Positions 34,707 to 43,537 are shown, counted from the first letter of the stretch. The stretch is 64,000 nt of DNA from a virus (IMGVR_UViG_3300045988_088815:58691-122690), one strand, 5' to 3'. The notes: generated by a model not told the origin, from the letters alone. Translations and numbers: made by a program.

Positions 34707-34841
34707 ATGACAGTAGTAAGAGATAGAATTAAAATTGCAGCTCAGATTGAAGTCTTGGAGGACATTGCTATTGACTATAGGGGAAAGACTATAGATAACA
34801 TCATCCAACAGCTAGAAGCGAGGTTGACTGCGTTGAAGTAA
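34707..34841 (+). CDS. small hypothetical protein
   Basis: manual ORF; TGATTATG junction. Confidence 0.4.
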   Translation: MTVVRDRIKIAAQIEVLEDIAIDYRGKTIDNIIQQLEARLTALK

Positions 34842-34865
34842 GTTCAAGTTTGAAGTTAAAAGTCA

Positions 34866-35222
34866 ATGAGTGGTGGACGTTTTGATTATGCTCAGTATCG
34901 GATTGCTGACATATATACAAAGATAGAAGATTATGTTGATGGTCATCCATTGGATGAGGAAGACGAAAGATGCTTTCTCGAAGACCGATGGCTAGAGGAG
35001 GAAGAAGACAAGTATGTTAGAAAGCATCATCATACGATGCCTAACAGATATGGCTTATCTAAAGAGACTATCAAGGAATTCAAGAAGGGTATTGAGCTTC
35101 TGAAGAAGGCTCAGGTTTATGCCCAAAGAATAGACTGGCTTCTTTCCGGTGATGATGGAGAAGATAATTTCCATCTACGTTTGAAAGAGGATTTGGCAAA
35201 TTTAAAAAGTAAGAAAGGATAG
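34866..35222 (+). CDS. hypothetical phage protein
   Basis: ORF track. Confidence 0.55.
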   Translation: MSGGRFDYAQYRIADIYTKIEDYVDGHPLDEEDERCFLEDRWLEEEEDKYVRKHHHTMPNRYGLSKETIKEFKKGIELLKKAQVYAQRIDWLLSGDDGEDNFHLRLKEDLANLKSKKG

Positions 35223-35225
35223 ATT

Positions 35226-35723
35226 ATGAGTTGGAATTATCGCTTAGATACACCTATGATGCAATTAGCTGAAGAGGTGAACAAGAAATATGATACTGAT
35301 GCAGGTAAGATGCTTCTTTGCACTTATCTCTTCATGGTATCAAGTGAAGAGATCAAGGACAAACAAGCTTTCTTTGATTGGGTAGAAGAGCTGAATAAGT
35401 CCTGTAAGTGCGATGCGGTAAGGGAGTACGTGAAAATCAACGGCAAAGCCGATTGGCTGCATGGTGGATTCAGTAAGCCGATTTACCGACACTATAAGGG
35501 CAATTTCTATGAGTACCTTGGTGAGGTTACTGATAGCGAGACTTCTGAAGCTAAGGTTGCGTATCAAGCAGTGTGCGGACAGCATGAAGTTTGGGTGCGA
35601 CCAAAGGAAATGTTCTTTGGTAATGTTGAGGTAGATGGTAAGCCAGTTCCTCGATTTGAGAAGGTAGATTTAAAAGACTTAGAGAAACAAGCCGAGAAGA
35701 GCAATGGACAGAGAAAAGATTAA
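35226..35723 (+). CDS. DUF1653-domain protein
   Basis: YRHYKGNFYEYLGEV....VAYQAVCGQHEVWVRPKEMF. Confidence 0.6.
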   Translation: MSWNYRLDTPMMQLAEEVNKKYDTDAGKMLLCTYLFMVSSEEIKDKQAFFDWVEELNKSCKCDAVREYVKINGKADWLHGGFSKPIYRHYKGNFYEYLGEVTDSETSEAKVAYQAVCGQHEVWVRPKEMFFGNVEVDGKPVPRFEKVDLKDLEKQAEKSNGQRKD

Positions 35724-35853
35724 GAGCTTGTTAGGTCAAGCAATCTTGCGAGTGAATGAAGTCGTACCGGATTTCGAAGACTTGGACAAGGTTCTTCCTT
35801 TGCTTAGACAGGCAATTGATGAATTAGATAAGTCTGATTCGGGTTCAGTTTAA
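35704..35853 (+). CDS. small hypothetical protein
   Basis: manual ORF, 49 aa. Confidence 0.35.
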   Translation: MDREKIKSLLGQAILRVNEVVPDFEDLDKVLPLLRQAIDELDKSDSGSV

Positions 35854-35865
35854 AAAGGGTGGAAA

Positions 35866-36399
35866 ATGGCAAATAAGCAGACGATAAAACCAAAGGTAGT
35901 TCCCTTTGAGATAGCCAAACTTCTGAAGGAGGTTGGTTACGATGAGAAGATAGCAGAATTTTGGGCTTATGCTAGTCCTTGGACAGCAAAGGGTGGCATT
36001 CGTAAGGGTGGAAAATATAATGAGCATTACGGCAGTTATATTGCTTACTCCAATTCCGAGTGGGAGAAATCCAATATTGAGTTTTCTGCTGCCTTAAAGT
36101 TGAATAGTAAGCATCCGGCAATATCCGCTCCAAGCTATGATATGGTGCTTGATTGGCTTTTAGAGCATTTCGGTTACTATATTTGTGTTGCAAACATTTC
36201 GAAAGATAAGTTCTGTTGGCAAACTACATCATGGTGTGTAGAGGAAGGCTTGTGTCATACGGATGGTAAGGAATATTCCAGTAGATACGATGCAATGGAT
36301 GCCGCATTCAAGAGTATCTTAAAGGCTCGCATAGATAATAAAGAAAACGAGGAAATCAAAAGACTTTTGGAGGAAATACAAGATGGAAAGACTTTATGA
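35866..36399 (+). CDS. hypothetical phage protein
   Basis: ORF track. Confidence 0.55.
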   Translation: MANKQTIKPKVVPFEIAKLLKEVGYDEKIAEFWAYASPWTAKGGIRKGGKYNEHYGSYIAYSNSEWEKSNIEFSAALKLNSKHPAISAPSYDMVLDWLLEHFGYYICVANISKDKFCWQTTSWCVEEGLCHTDGKEYSSRYDAMDAAFKSILKARIDNKENEEIKRLLEEIQDGKTL

Positions 36400-36718
36400 T
36401 ACTTTTGTACACGCAATAATGGTGAAGTTAGAAGCTCGTTTATATGTTGAACTCGAATGTGTTTATAAGGATATAACAAACAAGATTGTTGAGAAGAAAG
36501 GTAAACTCACCAACGAAGACGTAATTGAGTTTCAGAAAAAACTACAAGAAGTGTACGACACGAATGCTGCTATTCGTGAAAAGGTTACTGGCATTAAAGA
36601 TTCAAAGAAATGTATCTTAACTAAAGAAGCATGTGAAGAGTTAATAAAGCGATTTAGCGTGATTTATATAAAAGAAGATGAACAAGCAAAGAATGATAGA
36701 GTGGATAGCCACTTGTGA
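36383..36718 (+). CDS. hypothetical phage protein
   Basis: ORF track. Confidence 0.5.
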   Translation: MERLYDTFVHAIMVKLEARLYVELECVYKDITNKIVEKKGKLTNEDVIEFQKKLQEVYDTNAAIREKVTGIKDSKKCILTKEACEELIKRFSVIYIKEDEQAKNDRVDSHL

Positions 36719-37055
36719 TACTGGTATCTCTTCAATGACTATGTGGAGTGCATTGATGGGGGTAAAAAGAAAGAAAGATTTGGATATTCCTAAAGACAAT
36801 AGTGACTTCCGTAGATGCTATGACATGGTAGAATACGGACACGTAACCTTGGATGAGCTACAGGTTGTAAAGAAGCAATATCCTTGGTTTGCTCCTGTTG
36901 TTGACAATTGGAAGGAATTGTCTCTTTTGTTTGAAGAAGAGTTGGACAAACGTTTGTATATACGAATCCGTCAGCTTTGCAAAGAGTCATATGCTATCCG
37001 ATATGAGGTAAAGGGAGGACTTTATTATGAAAGGGGTTTTTGGTATAATGTTTAA
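36678..37055 (+). CDS. hypothetical phage protein
   Basis: ORF track. Confidence 0.5.
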   Translation: MNKQRMIEWIATCDTGISSMTMWSALMGVKRKKDLDIPKDNSDFRRCYDMVEYGHVTLDELQVVKKQYPWFAPVVDNWKELSLLFEEELDKRLYIRIRQLCKESYAIRYEVKGGLYYERGFWYNV

Positions 37056-37075
37056 TTATTAAAAAAATAGAAAGA

Positions 37076-37432
37076 ATGAATAAAGACAAATTAAAGGTCA
37101 GCTTTGAGATTGACCGCTACAAGGTAATTGGTATGCTTTCACGTAATTGTGAGAATGCTGAAGAGTACAACGAGATTATGGATATTCTTGAAGGAAAGAA
37201 TGAGTTTGTGCGTGATGCGAATGGTAACGAGGAACTTGCAAGCCGCATTTGCAATTATGCTTTGGACTCTATCTTGGTAGAGAATCCAGATTTGGCTCTC
37301 CGTAAGCGTTTGGATAAGGAACAGAAAGGCGATGATGCTCCTGATGGAATTTCAAATGTTATCGAAATCAAAGGTGATGACGCAAAGAAACTTGTAGAAA
37401 CTCTTTGTGGCATTCTCTACAAGGGTAAGTGA
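37076..37432 (+). CDS. hypothetical phage protein
   Basis: ORF track. Confidence 0.55.
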   Translation: MNKDKLKVSFEIDRYKVIGMLSRNCENAEEYNEIMDILEGKNEFVRDANGNEELASRICNYALDSILVENPDLALRKRLDKEQKGDDAPDGISNVIEIKGDDAKKLVETLCGILYKGK

Positions 37433-37472
37433 TGTAAAATTCATCAAAAGAATATAAATAAACACTAAAACA

Positions 37473-37504
37473 CTTGCAAGTATAAGAAAAAATGCTTATC
37501 TTTG
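37473..37504 (+). promoter_or_regulatory. Bacteroidota-type promoter of the tRNA operon
   Basis: CTTG-N20-TATCTTTG. Confidence 0.6.
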
Positions 37505-37645
37505 CATCGTGTTTGAAACAGATGGCCTTCTGAGAGGTCGCTTCTACCATAAGTCAAGACTTAGGAGTTTACGGCATGGTTTCCACATTACCCAGTCCAG
37601 CTAGACTATAACAAGCAACTCTTATTAGGGTGAGAGACCCTAGTT

Positions 37646-37718
37646 GCTGCATTAGACAAGTGGTTAAGTCGCCAGCTTTTCACGCTGGTATTCAAAGGTT
37701 CGAATCCTTTATGCAGTA
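37646..37718 (+). tRNA. tRNA-Glu (anticodon TTC)
   Basis: hand-folded cloverleaf: acceptor GCTGCAT/ATGCAGT, anticodon arm CCAGC-TTTTCAC-GCTGG, T arm AAAGG-TTCGAAT-CCTTT. Confidence 0.8.
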
Positions 37719-37728
37719 CATACAAAAT

Positions 37729-37799
37729 TGCCCTATGGTGTAATGGCAACACTACAGTTTTTGGTTCTGTCATTAGTGGTTCGAATCCGCTTGGGGCAA
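37729..37799 (+). tRNA. tRNA-Gln (anticodon TTG)
   Basis: acceptor TGCCCTA/TGGGGCA, anticodon loop TTTTGGT, T loop TTCGAAT. Confidence 0.75.
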
Positions 37800-37829
37800 C
37801 AAGGTGGAATTGGTATATGTTCCACAAAA

Positions 37830-37914
37830 GGTGCGATATTCAAGCGGTTAAAGAAGATAGACTGTAAATCTATTCCCATTGTGGGTTCGGTGAGTTCAAA
37901 TCTCCCTTGCACCA
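37830..37914 (+). tRNA. tRNA-Tyr (anticodon GTA), long variable arm
   Basis: anticodon arm ATAGA-CTGTAAA-TCTAT, variable stem CCCA/TGGG, T loop TTCAAAT, acceptor GGTGCGA/TTGCACC. Confidence 0.8.
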
Positions 37915-37936
37915 CGAGAACTTTTGTCATAATACG

Positions 37937-38009
37937 AGGAATGTAGCTCAGTAGTAGAGCACTTGGTTTGGTAACTAAGGGGGCGTTGGTGCGAATCCAA
38001 TCATTCCTT
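37937..38009 (+). tRNA. non-canonical tRNA (Thr-GGT-like or Pro-TGG-like) with an 18-nt anticodon arm
   Basis: acceptor AGGAATG/CATTCCT, D arm GCTC-AGTAGTA-GAGC, T arm GTTGG-TGCGAAT-CCAAT; anticodon arm CTTGG-TTTGGTAA-CTAAG has an 8-nt loop. Confidence 0.55.
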
Positions 38010-38012
38010 TAC

Positions 38013-38084
38013 GCTTTCGTAGCTCAGTGGCAGAGCATAGGATTTTTAATCCTAGGGTCGAAGGTTCGAATCCTTCCGTTGGCA
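38013..38084 (+). tRNA. tRNA-Lys (anticodon TTT)
   Basis: anticodon arm TAGGA-TTTTTAA-TCCTA, T arm GAAGG-TTCGAAT-CCTTC; two U-U mismatches in the acceptor stem. Confidence 0.7.
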
Positions 38085-38266
38085 CAATGATACACAAGAA
38101 GAGAGCCGTGATGTTTGTTTTGTTGGAATCTCGGACATCTGTCAATGGGCAAACGTAGGATGCAGATGAGACGAATAAAGTTGTGAATAAGTCTATGAAC
38201 TAGGGGAACAAGCGGAATGGCTCTCTATTGTGCTTCATTTGATGGTTTAACGAAAAATTGAAGAAT

Positions 38267-38536
38267 ATGAAAAGTCCGTTAAGAATGGCAGTCGCTTTAG
38301 AAAAGAACAACAAGATATATCCAAAAGATGTACGGAAGTTCTTGATGGGATTGTACGCCACGCTGCATTTGACAGATAACGCAACGGCTAAAGATATGGA
38401 AAAGCTGGTATATTATGCTTTTCGGAATGGTTACCTACTAGGTGTTAAGTCTGAAGGAGGTGATGACCAAAAAGCGTATGACAGACTACCGGATTTGGGA
38501 GTAGAAGAAGATATTGGTGATGATTTAAAAAGATAG
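38267..38536 (+). CDS. hypothetical phage protein
   Basis: ORF track 38258-38536; ATG at 38267. Confidence 0.5.
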   Translation: MKSPLRMAVALEKNNKIYPKDVRKFLMGLYATLHLTDNATAKDMEKLVYYAFRNGYLLGVKSEGGDDQKAYDRLPDLGVEEDIGDDLKR

Positions 38537-38572
38537 TCGATAAAAATTGGTAATTAGTTAGTAAAGTTTTTT

Positions 38573-38604
38573 AGGCTTTGGTGTGTGAACATCGAAGCCT
38601 TTTT
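38573..38604 (+). terminator. intrinsic terminator
   Basis: AGGCTTTG..CGAAGCCT followed by T4. Confidence 0.6.
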
Positions 38605-38696
38605 ATATATAATAAGGTAAAATAAAAGCTGAAATGTTAACAAGACTCATATATCAGTTAGTAAAGGTTAAAATACGAAAGAAAAACATTAAATAA

Positions 38697-38728
38697 CTTG
38701 CATGTTTCAAAACTTATTCGTATCTTTG
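38697..38728 (+). promoter_or_regulatory. Bacteroidota-type promoter (CTTG / TATCTTTG)
   Basis: 20-nt spacing; followed by a ~95-nt hairpin-rich leader. Confidence 0.6.
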
Positions 38729-38835
38729 CATCGTCAATCAAGATAAGTTGGTTGATTTGCCGAGTGACAAGTTTCACTCAATAAGGTGAGAGCGACACCA
38801 AGGGGTAAGACCCGAAACAACTAGCACAATTGATT

Positions 38836-39765
38836 ATGTCTAAGCAGACTGGTTTTTCATTCGCAAGTTCAAAGAAGTCATTAATCGAGACTATTGACGA
38901 AATCAAGAAGTCAAAGATGCCTCGCAACGAAAAGATTGTTGCATTGAAGGCTTGCGGTCTTCGTGAGAAAGAAATCTCCGATATGTTGAAGGTTTGTGTG
39001 CCAAGCGGTTCAACTTCAACGAGATTCGTTTATACATTCGGTGTTGAGATAGAATGTGTTCATGCCGAGCGCAATGCCTTGATAGAGGCAGGTCGTCAGA
39101 ATGGTGTTGATATTCATTCTGAGGGCTATAACCACACCGACAACAAGAGTTATTTCAAGATTGTTAGTGATTCTTCAGTTGGTGGTGATATAGACCCTAA
39201 CGAGGTTGTAAGTCCGGTATTGAATGGCAATACAAATGGTATGGCAACCTTAAAGAAGGCTATCAAGTCTTTGGATGCCGTAGGTGCAAGAGTAAATTCT
39301 ACTTGTGGTCTTCACGTTCATATTGGTGCAGCAAAGTTGACAGGTGAGCAGTATGTTAACGTCTTCAAGAATTATCAGAAACTTGAAAGATTGATTGATA
39401 GTTTTATGGCTCCTTCACGAAGAGGTAATTGCCGTTGGGCAGCCAGCTTGCTTGACAAAGATTTCTCTAATTGCCGTGGCAATTACGATATTAGACGTAC
39501 TGTATTTCATGGAGACAGATATTACAAGGTCAATGCAGAGAGTTTTGCACGTCACAAGACTATCGAATTTCGTCAGCATCAAGGTTCAACCAATTACAAA
39601 AAGATTGAAATGTGGGTTAAGTTCTGCGCAAAACTTGTCGGTTGGTCTCGCAATAATGTCTTTGCTAGTGAGGTTATGAATATCGAAGATATACCTTTCT
39701 TGAATAAAGAAGAGAAGGCTTTCTTCCAGAGTCGTAAGGATGCATTTGCAACCAATAACGATTAA
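38836..39765 (+). CDS. GS-like amidoligase (Amidoligase_2 family)
   Basis: YTFGVEIECV, EVVSPVL, STCGLHVHIG, HKTIEFRQHQGSTNYKKIEMWVKF; about 60-aa N-terminal extension. Confidence 0.75.
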   Translation: MSKQTGFSFASSKKSLIETIDEIKKSKMPRNEKIVALKACGLREKEISDMLKVCVPSGSTSTRFVYTFGVEIECVHAERNALIEAGRQNGVDIHSEGYNHTDNKSYFKIVSDSSVGGDIDPNEVVSPVLNGNTNGMATLKKAIKSLDAVGARVNSTCGLHVHIGAAKLTGEQYVNVFKNYQKLERLIDSFMAPSRRGNCRWAASLLDKDFSNCRGNYDIRRTVFHGDRYYKVNAESFARHKTIEFRQHQGSTNYKKIEMWVKFCAKLVGWSRNNVFASEVMNIEDIPFLNKEEKAFFQSRKDAFATNND

Positions 39766-39841
39766 TTAATGTAGTCCTAGGGTAAAAGCCCTAGGACACA
39801 AAGAAATCAAAGTATTATTAAGAAAAAGAAAGGGTAAAGAT

Positions 39842-40375
39842 ATGTGTGTTATTATTGTATGTCCGAAAGGTGTTGCTTTGCCATCCGTAGATGAGCTAAA
39901 GGCTGCGTATATGAGAAATCCAGATGGTTGCGGTTTTGTGAGCGAGTCTGACCATTACAAGAGTTTGCATTTCTCTACATTTATCCGTAGATTGATGAAG
40001 CGAGATATAAATGAGAATGTAATCATACATTTCAGATTTGCTACACATGGTTCTGTCTGTGTCAAGAATTGCCATCCATTCTACAAGGCAGGTTATTGGT
40101 TCGCACATAATGGAGTGCTCCCGATTTGCTCCGAGCATGATAAAACAGATAGTCAAATTTGCTTTGAACGTTTCATTTATCCTACTATCAAGAAATATGG
40201 TTGGGGTTCTGATGAACATATGAAAGAAATGAACAAATGGACAGCTCATGGTTCTAAGTTTGCAATGTTGCATAATGGTGAGATTGTGAAGTCCGGTAAA
40301 TTCATAGAGCGTGATGGACGGTTCTATTCTAATTTGAATCATTTGGGTTATATGAGAAATGTAATAAACTTTTAG
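39842..40375 (+). CDS. class II (Ntn) glutamine amidotransferase-like protein
   Basis: N-terminal MC, NPDGCGF, HFRFATHGS, NCHPF, FAHNGVL. Confidence 0.75.
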   Translation: MCVIIVCPKGVALPSVDELKAAYMRNPDGCGFVSESDHYKSLHFSTFIRRLMKRDINENVIIHFRFATHGSVCVKNCHPFYKAGYWFAHNGVLPICSEHDKTDSQICFERFIYPTIKKYGWGSDEHMKEMNKWTAHGSKFAMLHNGEIVKSGKFIERDGRFYSNLNHLGYMRNVINF

Positions 40376-40408
40376 AAGATTAATGTTTAGGTTCTTTTTA
40401 TTCGACAA

Positions 40409-40446
40409 GCGTCAGATGTCCGTGAGGATATTTGGCGTTTTTTTTG
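40409..40446 (+). terminator. intrinsic terminator
   Basis: 13-bp stem with G-U pairs, followed by T8. Confidence 0.7.
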
Positions 40447-40597
40447 TTATATAAGGAGTTCTATTTTGCGTAGCTATTAATTATTCGTTTATGTGATGAA
40501 ATAGCCTTAAATCGCTTAGAAATGCCGTTATTACTCACTTTTGCTTAAAAGTGAGATACTTGCAAATGGTTTAGTGCATTTATTATTCTTTTCGTAT

Positions 40598-40605
40598 TAT
40601 CTTTG
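40598..40605 (+). promoter_or_regulatory. -7 box TATCTTTG of the structural module
   Basis: 29 nt upstream of the ATG at 40634. Confidence 0.5.
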
Positions 40606-40633
40606 CACTAGTTTTAACAAATATATCGAAAGA

Positions 40634-41491
40634 ATGAAAGATAAAATTTTCCAGTTACTAAAACAAGAGTATAAGTCTCTTGGGTTAGGTGATGAAGTTC
40701 TTCAGGCACATGCCGAAATGCTTGATAAGATGGGGCTTGTTACTGATGACAACATCGAGACAGTGGTTGCTAGTCAAAAGAGTTTTTTGGAGTCCTTGCA
40801 AAAGGACAATGACCGCAGAGTTACCGATGCCAAGAAAAAGTTCGAGGAGGCACAGAAGGCTAAAGAAGATGCTGAACGCAAGGCTGCTGAAGAAGAAGCT
40901 AAGAAGAAAGCTGACGAAGAAGCCAAGAAAGCCGCTGAAGAAGCCGAAAAGAAACGCTTGGAGGAATTGGCAAAGAAAAACGAAATGCCGGATTATCTCA
41001 AAAAATACTTTGAAGAGCAAGCAGCAGAGAAGAAAGCTTCAGATGAAGCAAGAACCAAGGAACGTGAAGAGTTCAAGAAACTCGTTGAGACCTTGACTCA
41101 GAAGAACACAGACCAAGCCAAGACTTACAACGAACAGATGGAGGCGCAAAGCAAGACCATTAAGGAATTGCAAGAAACTATCCAAAAGCAAGCTGAGGAG
41201 GCTAAGGCTAAGGAAGAGGCTGCTGCGAAGGCAAAGGCAAAGGCAGACCACGATGCGAAGATTTTATCAAAGGCTAAGGAGTTGGGCATTCCCGAAAGTC
41301 GTATCAACGAGGGTTTCACCTTGAGCGATGATGCTACAGATGAAGCTATCGAAACATACCTCTCCAAGGTAGCGAACAACTACAAGGCGTTGCAACAACC
41401 ACAATTCGGGGGCAGCTATCGTGCTAGCGAGGGCGAGCCAACAAAGGAGGACGTTGACAATGTAGCCGCATCATTAGTTCAGTCACTTTAA
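40634..41491 (+). CDS. putative scaffolding protein
   Basis: E/K/A-rich coiled coil just upstream of the capsid gene; ATG downstream of the promoter. Confidence 0.5.
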   Translation: MKDKIFQLLKQEYKSLGLGDEVLQAHAEMLDKMGLVTDDNIETVVASQKSFLESLQKDNDRRVTDAKKKFEEAQKAKEDAERKAAEEEAKKKADEEAKKAAEEAEKKRLEELAKKNEMPDYLKKYFEEQAAEKKASDEARTKEREEFKKLVETLTQKNTDQAKTYNEQMEAQSKTIKELQETIQKQAEEAKAKEEAAAKAKAKADHDAKILSKAKELGIPESRINEGFTLSDDATDEAIETYLSKVANNYKALQQPQFGGSYRASEGEPTKEDVDNVAASLVQSL

Positions 41492-41503
41492 AAATTGAAA
41501 AAC

Positions 41504-41956
41504 ATGAATCAGGAATTGAAGACTACAAAAAAGCAAATTGTCTTTGGTGAGGATTCCGTCATTATCCAGAAATGGGAAGGCGACATCAAGGGCGGTCGTG
41601 CTTTGGATTGGACAGGCGTAAAAGATGAAGTTCTTTACGCAGGTCGTGTTATCGTGACAGATGGTAAGGGAACTTACAAGCCATTGCCTATTGAAACAGA
41701 CAATTATAAGGCTTTGGGTACTGCCAGTGACCCATTGGAGCATTACAAGTATGCGGGTGTTCTCTATCGTTCCATTCTGAACGGTGAGCCAGCGGCAATT
41801 ATGACTGCTGGACAAGTTAACAAGGTAGCAGCTAAGGCTGCAAATGGTGCAGACTATCCGGATGCGTTCCTTACAGCTATGCCAAAGATTGCTTTGGTTA
41901 GCGATGAGGATGCAAACAAGTTCGATGAGTCTGATGCAACCATGGACAAAGACTAA
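41504..41956 (+). CDS. putative head decoration/structural protein (DUF2190-like)
   Basis: position between scaffold and capsid; AGRVIVTDGKG..YAGVLYRSILNGEPAAIMTAGQV. Confidence 0.4.
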   Translation: MNQELKTTKKQIVFGEDSVIIQKWEGDIKGGRALDWTGVKDEVLYAGRVIVTDGKGTYKPLPIETDNYKALGTASDPLEHYKYAGVLYRSILNGEPAAIMTAGQVNKVAAKAANGADYPDAFLTAMPKIALVSDEDANKFDESDATMDKD

Positions 41957-41973
41957 AAGAAGGAGGATAACAG

Positions 41974-43065
41974 ATGGAAAAATCACTTTATTTTCAGTTG
42001 GTCAATAAATACTTCCCACAACTTGTTGCAAGTGTAGTAGAGAAGTTGAACGGCAAGAATCAGACTGCATTGACCTATATGTACCGAGACCACTTGACTA
42101 ACACATATAGTCAGGACGGACGCTGGGCATCAATTACTGCGGAATACACACGAGTTGCTGCTGATGTTGTATCAATGGATGCGGAACTTCCATTGAAGAG
42201 CCGTGACAAGGTTTCAACCGCTGAGGGTCAAATCCCAAAGGTTGGTATGAAGCTTTACATGTCAGAGAAGCAGCTTAAGGATTTGGATAACATGATTGCG
42301 CAACGTTTGCCTCAGCCACAGATTTTGCGTAACTTGTTTGCAGACCTTCCTCGTTGTATTCAGGCGGTTTACGAGCGTATTGAAGATATGTTCCTCAGTG
42401 AGCTGTCAACAGGTGTAGCTTTGGCAACTCGTTCCGGTGGTACTGGTGTCCGAGTTGATGTAGGTTTTGCCGAGAAGAATAAGTTTGGTCACGGTGCTAA
42501 GGCTTGGGACGCAGAGGATGCAACTCCTCTTGATGACATCCAATTGGTTTACGACAAGGCGATGGAAGACCAAAATACCATCACTACTTGTTATCTTGAT
42601 GATTACACAATTAAGTTGCTTGGCAAGAACAAGCAGGTTCGTGCTCAGTTTGCCTTCAATCAAGGCATTGCACTTAGTGGGGATAACAGCAACATTCCTA
42701 TTTTGAGCTTTGAGCAGATTGCGTCTATCTTTAGAAATAAGTGGCAGACCAACTTGGTACGTGTAGCCCGTACAATCAAGACCGAGATTAACGGCAAGAA
42801 GGGAACACACAACCCTTGGGCTAAGGGTCACATGACCTTTACATGCTATGATAACCTTGGTGATTTGTTCTGGACTAACGTAGCCGAAGCTACAAGACCA
42901 GTTGCAGGTGTTACTTATCAGTCAGCCGATGAGTATATCTTGGCTAGCCGTTATTCTACTAACGACCCACTCCGTGAGTTCACTAGCTCACAAGCAATGG
43001 TTGTTCCTATCTTGAATAACGTTGATGCCATCTACTCTTTGGACTCAACACAAGCGGTAGGTTAG
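41974..43065 (+). CDS. putative major capsid protein
   Basis: 363 aa; position in the head module after the scaffold; no motif verified. Confidence 0.55.
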   Translation: MEKSLYFQLVNKYFPQLVASVVEKLNGKNQTALTYMYRDHLTNTYSQDGRWASITAEYTRVAADVVSMDAELPLKSRDKVSTAEGQIPKVGMKLYMSEKQLKDLDNMIAQRLPQPQILRNLFADLPRCIQAVYERIEDMFLSELSTGVALATRSGGTGVRVDVGFAEKNKFGHGAKAWDAEDATPLDDIQLVYDKAMEDQNTITTCYLDDYTIKLLGKNKQVRAQFAFNQGIALSGDNSNIPILSFEQIASIFRNKWQTNLVRVARTIKTEINGKKGTHNPWAKGHMTFTCYDNLGDLFWTNVAEATRPVAGVTYQSADEYILASRYSTNDPLREFTSSQAMVVPILNNVDAIYSLDSTQAVG

Positions 43066-43069
43066 GCTT

Positions 43070-43528
43070 ATGAGAGGTGAGGTAATTAGTCCGTTCCGTG
43101 ATAAGTTCCATTTTAACACCATCTATGAAGTTGGTGCAATCTTGGACTTTGACGAAGAACGCATGAACTCCCTTATCGAACGTAAGCTTTGCAAGATGTT
43201 GGAGGTGCAGGATGATAACCATTCTGCACCTCTAAAAGACGATAAGGAAATTAAAGATACTCCTAAGAAGGAAGTCTTGAATGATGGAAAAGAAAATCCT
43301 ATAAAGGAAGAAGAAAAGAAGTCAGAAGAGACACCTAAGAAGGAAGTCTTGAAGGAGAAAAAGGAGAGCAAGCCTAAAAAGGAGAAAACCTCAAAAAAGG
43401 ATGCTGCCGAGTCAACCGAAGAGAATTCCCAAAAGGAGAATGTAGAAGAAGAACTTGACGAAAAGACTAAGAGCGAGCAGGAGGCTGCAAAGAAAATCGC
43501 TGAGGCTATGAGTCAGGCTCAGAAATAA
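43070..43528 (+). CDS. K/E-rich hypothetical structural-module protein
   Basis: ORF track; low-complexity KKE repeats. Confidence 0.5.
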   Translation: MRGEVISPFRDKFHFNTIYEVGAILDFDEERMNSLIERKLCKMLEVQDDNHSAPLKDDKEIKDTPKKEVLNDGKENPIKEEEKKSEETPKKEVLKEKKESKPKKEKTSKKDAAESTEENSQKENVEEELDEKTKSEQEAAKKIAEAMSQAQK

Positions 43529-43537
43529 GGATGTCAC

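Noticed and set aside
37606-37946. Track ORFs 37606-37827(-), 37728-37946(+) and 37733-37930(-)
   Set aside because: They overlap the tRNA genes. Peptides such as ..GFEPL..VVLPLHH.. are typical artefacts of translating tRNA sequence.
39395-40408. Off-frame and antisense ORFs over the amidoligase and amidotransferase genes (39395-39679+, 39896-40408-, 40038-40223+)
   Set aside because: They are embedded in genes with strong family signatures. The 170-aa antisense ORF has no promoter or start context, and its composition mirrors the sense strand.
40685-41379. Alternative-frame and antisense ORFs across the scaffold gene (40685-41020-, 40689-41096+, 41039-41251-, 41125-41379-)
   Set aside because: They are by-products of the GAA/AAG/GCT-rich coiled-coil coding repeat. 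The frame with the ATG behind the promoter (40634-41491) is the coherent one.
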